Source: Eimeria praecox (taxonomy: Eukaryota). From it: DNA of 64,000 nt. A program made the position numbers and the translations under genes. The DNA is taken from the NCBI GenBank assembly GCA_963920595.1, contig OY986949.1:124001-188000 (forward strand). The letters are read 5' to 3'. Shown piece by piece: positions 1 to 10,732 of this stretch; within the stretch, counting starts at the first letter, position 1; each line of letters opens with the position of its first letter. The notes below the pieces were generated by a model. The model made no database searches. It was given only the letters and a program-made list of their open reading frames with translations, and was not told where the DNA came from.

Positions 1-3000
1 CTTTAACCAGGTGGCCAGCTCGAAGACGCGTGAGCAACACATTCATGAACTGCATATGCTCCGAACGCAAAACAGCTCGAATAACGCCGCCAAATCCAAG
101 CCATCCTCCTGTACTACGAGTCCCCCTGCCTTTTGCGTTGTCCAGTAGGTACAACAGGAACGACTGGTTCCATGTTCCTTCATGCAGGTGCCAGTAGAAT
201 TTACACAATTTCCATTGGCCGCGGCGTCCACCGAGGCCCGCTGCTGTTCTTTGCGCCCTAAACATAACTGCCATCATACGCATATAGACTGGCCGTCAAC
301 ACTTTAGGCGTTTGAGACAAGTCATCATGTGGGTGCTGTTGTCTTCTACCACGCAATGCGCTCCTCATACACTGCACATACACTGCTCCACTGGCTCATT
401 AACGCCATTTGTAATGTAAGACTGCGCCTAATAAAGTGTACCGCAGTGGCGAAGCACCAAGTCCCAACTGCTACCGAAGACGAGGACGGTTAACAGAAAA
501 ACGAACCCCCACTCCCTTGCGCACTGCAACTTCATAAATCTGCACTCCTTCGCAAGTGCATTCATGCTTGTCACCATGCTTCCTAAATAGTAGGATTGCC
601 CACAACCGCGCTCAGCAGAAGGTATGATTTTAGGCAAATAATTGCTGGCAAGACCAGGGAGCAAATACAACGCAAGAGGAGACATCGCCTACTCATGGAT
701 GCATATATGTGAATGGGTGAATAGTGGTTGAGTTGCAGTGTGAGTGAATGTGGAAGTATATTTTCGTTTATTTGTGTCCGGCAATTTGTGTGCTGGCTCC
801 TGCGGCAGCGAACACGCAAATTGCAGAGCCGTACACTCCTCATACATGCTGGTCAGCTAGCTGTCCGCCAAATACTGCATGTTTCCCTGTTCCCCGATGT
901 GTACGGCTTCAAGCAGAGTAAGCAAATCCACCGCAAACTTAATAATAGCTGTAGGACGATGGAGCTGGCCGCATGGGGAACCCTTGTCGAATTCACTGGT
1001 GTTGGAGAACTATTCCAAACGACTAGGGCACATCGCGTAAGTGCAGAGAACTTGCTTCCCGCTTGTTATTTCATCCTATTAGGATGAATTATTATAGACA
1101 CGTTGCCGTGAAGTGAAGAACCCCAACGTATATCAGCCACAAGTTCATGAATTGGGTCGGCGGCGACTAAGACAGCCGACTAATCGCCCAAAAACACAAA
1201 CGCAAGCTAGCGTTAACGGATCCGCCTTCGCTTGTTGCACCCAAAGCTAAACATGAACAGCAGGTTCACCCTTGTTTACTGGAAGCGCCATTAAAATCCA
1301 CAGTGCGTGCTGGCTTGATCGTCGGCTGAGGATCCCAATCGCTATTCGCGACCTCTCCAAAGCAGCTACAACCTTACAGAACTGTTCCCTTTCTCTCTCT
1401 GGCAAGTGCATTCGAGTGCTACGAGCATTTGTTCACGCGATGGCGAACTTGCGCTAGGATCAGTGCTCAGTGCTGCGTACGAACTGCATTTACGCCGAAC
1501 TCAAAGACGCTTGACGAATCGTCCCGACCTAGAAATGCTCACCCGCACTAACGGTTCCGCTTTCTACTGTGCTGCCCTATATGCGTACAGTGAGATACGG
1601 ATCCCTCGTTCTTCCGCGCAAGCGTTATGCAGGTTTGAATAGTTCATTTTAACCGTGCAAGAGCCCGCGTCCTCTCCATCCTCACCTCCTCCGCAGAACG
1701 CCTATCAGTATACGCATCATACACAACTGGGCTGGTCCGCAAAGGCCTCCAAACAGTTAAAATAAATTGGCTGCCCCATACAACTTTATTGCTATCCTAC
1801 AGCTTGTCACAAGCCATCTCACAAACGCATTGTACCCCACTGAAACATCTCGCTTCAGGTGCTTCCGAAGAAAGGCAGGGCTAAAGAAAAGTCACCTCCC
1901 GCACCTTAATGCAACTTCACAAGTATCCACGCACGCAAAGATATACTTCCCCGTCTGGTCGCATACAATCTGAAGCGTTACAGGCCCCAGAACCACGCCT
2001 ACCAGATAATTTGCGTTAAGGGTAATGCGTGCTAGGCAGAGAAGCACTCGACACCAGCGCCAGAGAAAGCCTCGCCACATCCATCCCGCACAGGCACGAA
2101 AGAAACTGAATAGGCCACGAAGATCGCTCATGCAGGGCCCTTAGCTTTCCGCCAATTGCATCCTATATACTGCTACGAACACAGGGAGCGGCTTTGTAGC
2201 AGGGCAAGCCAGGGCAAGCGGATCAAACCCAGGTTCTATACCAACTGCAGGACCCTGAAGCTGGTTGAGTGGGGCAATCTGGTCAAATGTACTCTCCTCG
2301 CCGTACGCCTCCCGCCCGCTTCTACTTACTATGTTCTAGTGCTGAATACACTATGTCGTGAGACACGTAGATCTGCCCGGCATGATTGAGACACTGATAT
2401 GTTGCAGACGCTTCCAAGATAAAACACCTAGGCTAACTGCTACATGCAAACGCTCAATGCCAGTCATAGTCTAGCCTGTAAAACAGTAGTATACGTAACA
2501 GGCCAATGATATCAACTTGCTAGCACGTGCAGACCTTCTGGGCACAGCAGCGCTTGATCGCAGCGCCACAAGAAAGCTTTGCCACATTGCGGGCACAGAC
2601 ACGCGCGCACAAAGTGCATTTAGCTAGCTGCACGGGACGTTCCCGTCATGACATGGTTCTTTTTCGAAGATCGACCATAATCCCAAGTTTCCAAGACAAG
2701 AAAGCCTTCCACACATGTGGAGTAAGGCGCAGTATATCCCGTTGGCTCCTCTTGGCTATGGAAAACCGATAGACTCTGCGTAGAGATGGATTGTTCGAGA
2801 GAGTGCAAGCCACGCATGCATAAATTATACATTTTCCCGAGCAAAACGCAGCCTACCTAATCTCGCCAAACCACGCGCCTGCGCCTTCTCAACGGCTTCC
2901 ACCTTTTTTTGCAAGCGCCACGAGTATTTGGACATCTTCTGTTAGCCGCGGCATCGTCCATAGCACACCTTTTGCTTTGCTCGGCCTGCGCAAAACAACT

Positions 3001-6000
3001 GCCATGAGGCACTCGGATGATCACTAAAGGTACCCAACGCACGATGCGAAACACCGCACCCTCGTTGCTGCCATCCATCTTCTACTGGCCTTTCATACAC
3101 TGCTTGGACAATTTTGTTTCAAAAGGAACTCTCCTTCGCTTCACACGATATTTTCATATACGGCACTGGAAGCTAATTATGTGCATACTTCCTGGCCGAA
3201 GCAGCGTGGAACCGCAGCGGCGAAATAGGTTTCATACACATTGAGCTCGAGAGCGAGCGACCACAGCCTGCATTATTCCATGATGCTCTGCCAAGCACTG
3301 CGTATAATCCTGTCCGCAGGGGGAAATGGGGCTGATTTTAGCCAGGGCAGTCGAACCAAGGGAAAACTCAATATCAATCAAGTGCAAAGTAATGCAGCCT
3401 ACTCCATGGGGCTTCTGCAATTTGTTTCCCCTTGAAAGACCAACTATAGTAGGACAGGTTAGAGGCACCGAAGGTATGCTACGCACGTGAAGTGCAGTGC
3501 GCGCTGCATCGCGCTCGCTTCTGACAATGATGGGAACGTGGAAGGAACACCTGCAGATGACTAGCTCGGAGAGGTATGGCACCTTCCCCGAAAACAAAAA
3601 AGCAGCTTAACGAATCTTATCAAAGCAGAAGAGCAAACCTCCACGACAAGTTCCGATTTCTTCTGTGCTGTCCAATAGCTACGCAGTCGACGACGGGTTC
3701 CGCGTTTCGTTGTGCAAGAGCCATTACTATTTCCACAGTTCTTTTTGGACAAGCGGCCAGCAGCGACCTGGCCTTTGCTATCCCCGCCCTCCGTATAACA
3801 GCCACCATGCTACACAACCGGGCTAATCGTGAATACTGCTAAATGTTCACCACAAATCACCGCATAGTCGCTCGTGTCTCCTACCACGCTTTAAGCTCCA
3901 CAAATACTGTGCCATCAATTCCCTTGCATTGTTTGTATTATCGGACGCTGCCGTACAAATCAGAAACACGTCTTGCAATAAAGCCCAAAGGAGCGCATAG
4001 CCCAAGCAAGAGCAGATGTTATGGATCATCACACGGCAAACGGGTAATCTTGAAAGCATGTACATGTATATCCATACCTGTCACCAGAGGGCCTGAATCC
4101 TAACCCATATCCCTACGCGCACCGACCAAATGGGTTTGTTTCTAAATGCGTACTTCCTGGGTAATATGCCAGTCAGCCGCACAGCCAGAGAAGGTTTCTG
4201 TATGATGCGCACACAGAAGCTGCACAAAACCACAATGTTCGCGCAAGCGCTCCGGATCCCCGCCCCAAGGCAGGTAACCACCAAACCTCAAGCTTAAGAT
4301 CAAATGCAGGGTGATGCAATTGGCTGCCTGATACGTCCTCGCCAAACGGCTACTTTTAGGGGGACCAAAGACAGCCGAAAATGTTCGAGGTCACTGGGAT
4401 GGATCACATTTGCGGGACGGCTTGTTCCCCCTCTTCCACCGCCGACTATTTTCTATTACTATGAATAGTTCGACGCGAAATGCCAAGAGAACAAGGCACA
4501 CAATCATCCGTTGCATCTATTCCGAGCGCAATACAGCCTAAAATATCGTGCTAAAAACAGATCCACCCGCCTGCGCTCCAGGGCAGCTTCCTTTGTGTTG
4601 CCCAGTACCCGCGCAACGAGCTTCAAGTACCTTATTCTTTTGTGCAAGTGCTATGCGTATTTACACAGCTGGCGCCGACTTTGCCGTCAGCCACCGCCAG
4701 CGCTCTTGACTCCCATCCCCCGCCAAGCAGCTACCATCACACATAGCAGGACTACTCGCCAATCCCGCTTAGCATTTTTCACAAACCAGCCCGTCGTCGC
4801 TCCGTTTGGTCTCAAATCAACCCAGTCTGCTGCCCTGCTGCCTTATACCACGCCCTGAGCTGCACATATATTGCCTCACCACAATATTGAGATAGTTTGA
4901 CTTGTCGCACTATGCCGCACAAGCGCATACTGCCGCACCGAAATATCCCGCTCCAGCAACCTCCAAAGAAAAGAACAGCTAAAGAAACACAACCTCCCGC
5001 ACCTCCTCAGGGTATCTTCTTAAGTGTACACCCATGCGCTTATAAATATTCTTGCCTGCTCCCATACAATCTGAAACGTAACAGTACCCTTAACTGCTCC
5101 TGCCAGATAATTTGCGTTAGGGGCAATACGTGTTAGGCAGAGTAGGGCGTGGCAACAGCACTAGAGAAAGCTTTGTAGCATCAACCATAGGCAAGCAAAC
5201 AGACACCATAAAGCACGGTGCACGAGCATGCAGGACCCATAGCTGTGCAGGAAATGCTGCCTATATGCTGCTGCCGGCAGACGGAACAAATTTGTAACAG
5301 GGCAACCGGACCAGCTCCTCTGAAAGCCATTTGTATGTCGATACAGGTGAGTGCGGGGACTCGCTGGTCAAATATATTCTCGTTGATGATTAACGGCATT
5401 CCTAACTGTTCGAGACGTTCAGGAAACGGCGCGAGTGAACAGGCCGGCAATTTGCTTCCAGCTCGCCTCTGCCAAATGTGCTGGAGTGCTCTGAACACCT
5501 TATCTCAAGATGCCTGGTCTGATAAGGCACTGACAACGTATTCGTACGTTCGGGATACTGGGAGCACAAAACAGCCTAACTACTCTCCCCAAAGCAGAAC
5601 CACCAGCTCGCGGCAACGGTCCTGCACTCTTTTCTGCAATCAAATAGCTGCATGAAGAGGTAAACGTTCCGCTGTATTACACACCCAGGCTGGCTACCAG
5701 TGCTACTCAAAGTTAGACACAAACTACCGAACAGTCTTTGTTGCGTCCTACCACTAATTGCGCTGCTCATGCACTGCCTCACTAATTCACCATATCGTTG
5801 AGCTGACACTCCGGCGCCCGTAGATATCGCAAAAGAATTCCCATTGCTTTTCACCACACATTGCCATAAAGCTTTATGCATTCGCATATACATCCATACC
5901 TGGTTTCAGACAGCCTAGAACCCAAATGCACTTATAACTGAGCCCGCAACATAAATTTCTTTCAGGCGTGCCAAACGTCTTACAAACTGCAGTAGTTCCT

Positions 6001-9000
6001 AACCTTCATATCGCCGCAACCCTAACAGGTAATTATAGGCGTACTTCCTTACCAGAACGACGCGGGATCGCAATGCCACATGAGGACCCAACGCGTCCGC
6101 AAACATGCGCACGCAAAATGTACAACCGCGCATTACGCACACGGACAGGTCTGCCACCTCCCCACCAAATGCTGCATTTTGTGCCACTGGCAGACAGCGG
6201 GAACCAAAATGATGCAGCTTGCTGCATGGGACGTCCTCCTTCAAACCCTTCTTGTTGTTCGGCTAACGATAATGGAAAATTCTGCATACGAAGAAGACGC
6301 ATCATGGACGCAGGCAAGAGTGCACTGCAACAGGCATGCCGATAATGCACATGAAAAGGTGCAATGGACACACTACAGCAAGTGGACTATCCCAAAGGCA
6401 TATCGGCGAGGCGCCCCCTAAGAACAACGGCTCCCCGATATTCCTAATCACAACGGCCCCTGCAACAAAACAGCTTAGCGAAGCTTGCCATACGAGAAAT
6501 ATCTGCTCGCACTACGAGCTCCGCTTCCTTTTATGCCAATCGATACTTAGACAATGAGATACGGGTTCTGCCGTCAGTCGTGAAAGAGGCATGAGGCTTT
6601 AGACAATTTCTGTTAGCAGCGCCTTCCGTAGCAGCTAGCTCTTAGCCATTAGCGTCGTCCGCGCAGCAGCTAGCAGCATGCATAACCGCCTTAAGCGCCA
6701 GTCCTGCTGAGCCTTTGATAGTAATCACCAAGCAATCGATATTGACTCCTACCACGTATTGCGTTGCAGATATACTGCCTCATCAGTTTGCTCTCATCGC
6801 TTGGCAGATACTGTTTCGCACACCCACATCGCAACGCTGAAGCAATGCACCGAAGGAGTAATCCCCAAAGCCCCCACTTCTCCTCACACAGCAAATCCAC
6901 ATATTGGCATGCAGGAAGATATACACCCATGCCTGCCACTAGACACCCCATAGTGATAGTTACTCGTCCGGTGCAGGTGACTCGGCGTCAGTGTGCGTAC
7001 TTTCTTAGGAAAATAACGCGCGTTGGCAATGCCAAAAACAGGTTCTCAACATTGCGGCGAGTGCTCCGACAGCCGCATTACGGCCGTCGAAGCGCTCACA
7101 AAAAGTGCGTAAACCCACCATGCTCACCGATGTAAATCCCCGAGAGCCAAGCCAAATACCACGTATACTCCCATAGGCAAGCGGTGTTGATTTCAAGGGT
7201 GGCAAGCAGCTTAAGCTTAATCTCAATGCCAACTGCAGAAAACTGTGGATTGCTCTTGTCCTAGAGGCATCCTTTCTTGAGAGGAGGCGAATGAAAAAGA
7301 TAATATTCGAGAAGGTCGGGAAGCATCGTATGCCTGCAGGCGAGGCCGTGCTTCGCGTTTGTCTATTCCTACTGTACCCGAGTACCACGAACACTTTGCC
7401 ATGAGCCGTTGTGACCCAACGAATGCCAGTGACGGAGTCGTACTTCGCAGCTAGCCTAGCTAATAGCACAGTCGCATTAACGCAAGCTTGCACTATGGGT
7501 TCTGTTTCCTCCTGTGCTACAAAAATTGCTGCACAGCGATCTACACGTTCCGCGCTCTTTATCCAGCGCAATTTGCATTTAAACAATCTTTGCTGACAGT
7601 GTTGCCTTTCGCTACTTGGGTCCTTCGCAAGGCAACTACCGCCCTGGAAAGCTGCGCGAATCGCTAATGCTACCTAACGCCTGGTACAATTTGCAGGTCA
7701 GTTGCTGCTGCTGCTGCCCCCTACCACGTGTTGTGCTCCGCATGCGCTGTGACACCATTTAACTGAAATTGTTTTGAGTGTCAGACTCTCACTCGCAAAC
7801 GTGCCTGGCACCGCCGAAACACCTGGCTAGCTCCAGTAGGTATGCAAAAATAACAGAGCTCAAGCAAAACGAAATAACACCCTTTCCCATACTGCCATCC
7901 CACAAATGTGTCCGCACGAAGATAAACACCCGCGCCTGCCACGGAACACCGTGAAACCCAACAGTACCCATAAACACCCCATGCAGATGATTGTTTTTAA
8001 AGGCATACGCTCTGGGCAAGCAACCGCGAGATCATGAAACCCCAAAGTCTTAGGTGACCAGCGGAGGGCAGAAAAATGCAGCAAATCCACAACACAAATC
8101 ACACACAAGTCGCACACACACAGGTTTTCTAGCTCTCCGCCAAGTACACGCTATACTTTTACAGGCAGAAAACGCGATATCAAGCAGAGCAAGCCAATCA
8201 AGCGCATGCCTAATAACTGCTGTACAAAAATGCTGCTAGCTGCATTGGACAAATAGGACCCCTTCTTGTTGGAACCCCAACAATAACGTGAAATGCTCAC
8301 GACGGATAAAGCGTATCATGTAAGCCAAATAAGGTGTACTGTGTCATATTAACCTCTCCTCAAAACAGAAACGTACCACAAACACCCTGCAGCAAGATAT
8401 TTAACCCCAAAATGTAAGAATGACGCCTTTGACGCATTCGTAAAATGCACCGACGCCAGAACACAAACCAACCCCGGCAAATATCCCCAAATCAGAAAAG
8501 CCCACGTGCAGTATGAGCTCCTCTTGCCTTCGTCTTGGCTTACCCAGAAACCACCGAGCGAGCCCAATATTACAAGCTTTTCCATGCAGTTGCCATGAGT
8601 GTTTGCAGATTTCACGTTGTCCAGGCCTCCTGCGCCGGCCTGACTTTGCTCCTTGTGCTACAGCGTTCTCTGCAGAACACCTACCGATAACAAACAACAG
8701 GGGTAATCGCCATTCCTTCGCATCATTTGACACAAATCACTGCGTAGGCGATGTTACCTCATGCCGCGCACTGCGCTGCACATATGCTGCCTCACGAACG
8801 CATTAGCATCGCTTGTTAGGCCAGAATCTGTCTCGCAAATGCGTCTCGCGCAGTCGAACACCCCAACTCCGTAGATATTACAAACCAGCAGAGGCAAACG
8901 AAAATGAAGTCCTAGTCCATTTCAAAATGCAAATACATTAATGAGCAAATATACATACGCGTTTTTCCATGCCCACCATCAGACAGCCTCAGACGCAAAT

Positions 9001-10732
9001 GCGAGAAAATGCTGCTAGTGCTTCATACGTTCTACAAACTGATCTCGCTGCTACGCGTTCCGCATTTCCAAACACATGGCAGCTAATTATATGCATACCT
9101 CCTGGGCAGAAAGGCATTTGAGAGTAAGGCCAAAGCAGGGTTCGCCATGGTGCGCCTGTAAACGATCGCAGACAAACTCCAAACCCGCAAACCGCAACGT
9201 GCTCATGCAGGCTGACCCCCTAACTCTCCACCAAATGCTGCGTGTGCTCCTACTTAGACGATATTGATTTTCAACGCAGCCGCCGAAACCGACGAAAGCA
9301 TAGAAACGGCAAAACGGTGCATATGGCTGCATATGGCTTCTGTGTAGAGTTACTGTCCGTTGGAAACCCATTGGGGTCTTGGAGGTTTCATTATAGAGAA
9401 GGCAAAATGGTGATGCACTACATATAATATTTATATACTCAATAGTGGAACAGTTGTATATGAAGCAATAATAACTACTGTGCTATAAAACAAGTGAGGC
9501 AATCATAAACAACGCCTAGAACGTTCTTTCTGCAAATACGGCATACTCGTATCGGCAGGCAGGAGCTAATTTCAACCATAGTAACCAAAACCAAAACAAC
9601 CACAGGACCAACTGCAAGACTATGCAGCTGGCTGCATGCACGTGCTTGTCGAACCGCTGTTTGCTACAAAGCCGACGAGAACCAGAGCAACCCAGACGAA
9701 CGCTTATGGCTGCTGTGAGCCGACATGTGCGTTACCACGCTCGAATCTGATTATGGAGAAGCTCTGCGAACCCCCTAGCACGCACGAAATGGTTAGATCG
9801 GACGACCATCCGTGAGACACAGGTCATTTTCGCCGATTTCGCAAGCGAAATAATACAAGTAATATCAACAAACCACAAGCATCCGTCCGCAGAAAAATTG
9901 CCTCTGCCTTTGGAGCAAAAGCCACCAAGACCTGGATTTGCATTATTCTTGTTGGCCGCGTCGTCGTCCTTAGCCGCCACTCGCCATTATCGTCCTCACC
10001 TAACACTGGCATAACGGATTGGTATAACCGAACCAATCGCCAGTGTTACTCAACGTGACGCAACTTACCATGCTGTCTCAGTTCCTGCCTACCATGGGTT
10101 CAATTCTGCATAAAATGAGCCACCAACTCAACGGTTCGCAGTGCCAGACTCTATCCTGCAAACGCATCTCCAAGCGTCGAAACACCCCGCTATACTAGAT
10201 ACGAAAGAAGAGCGAATCTGAAGCAGAACTAGCTCCCACGTCTTCTCACAGTGCGATTTCACATATAGGTAAGCTTGAAGATACACATTCACTGTCACCA
10301 AACGGCGTGAAAAGCAATAGTACCCATCAGCATCCCTTGCAGATGACTCTACCTCAAAGGGCATACTTTCTGGGCAGCATAGTGTGCAATCGAAACGCCC
10401 AAAAAGCCTCCGCCACACCACGCCCCCAGTGGAGCGCAAGAAAAGCGGTCTATCCAAAAGCGACCGACAGATACAGGTCCTATAGCCCTCCTCCAAAATG
10501 TTATGGATTGTCTTATAGGCAGATGGAGTAGATTTGAACCGGTACAGGCGAACCAAGCGTAAGCCCAACACCAACTACAAAACAAGACAGCTTGCTGCAT
10601 GTAGCGCCTAGGCTTGCTCTTTGTTCGAAGAACAATGAATGCAGTAGACGCAGAAGGTTTGTCGGTCATCTGAAGTAAGGTGTGCTATGCCACGGTAGCG
10701 TCTGACGATTTGGAGAAATTGCCATGAACACC
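1..10732. repeat. HOR-A copy 1 (10,732 bp; phase set by window start)
   Basis: Position 1 CTTTAACCAGGTGGCCAGC recurs at 10733 and 21467, and the ORF track repeats (43..231, 10775..10963, 21509..21697). Confidence 0.97.

Noticed and set aside
1135..1600. Possible ~335 bp local duplication (TAACGGATCCGC at ~1213, TAACGGTTCCGC at ~1549)
   Set aside because: Similarity is weak by eye and is best explained as truncated monomer remnants; boundaries cannot be supported without alignment.
7005..7586. Longest non-microsatellite ORF in HOR-A (193 aa, minus strand; identical in 3 copies)
   Set aside because: Identity reflects recent array homogenisation. The frame is not kept in sister monomers beyond a short segment, and no protein family is recognised.
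7703..7717. (TGC)5 tract and scattered single AAACCCT words
   Set aside because: Too short and not tandem; no telomeric array or meaningful CAG tract.
10007..10107. Pol III-like A box (TGGCATAACGG) and B-box-like GGTTCAATTCT
   Set aside because: The T-stem and acceptor stem do not pair, so there is no cloverleaf. The B-like word is a drifted version of the monomer core box.
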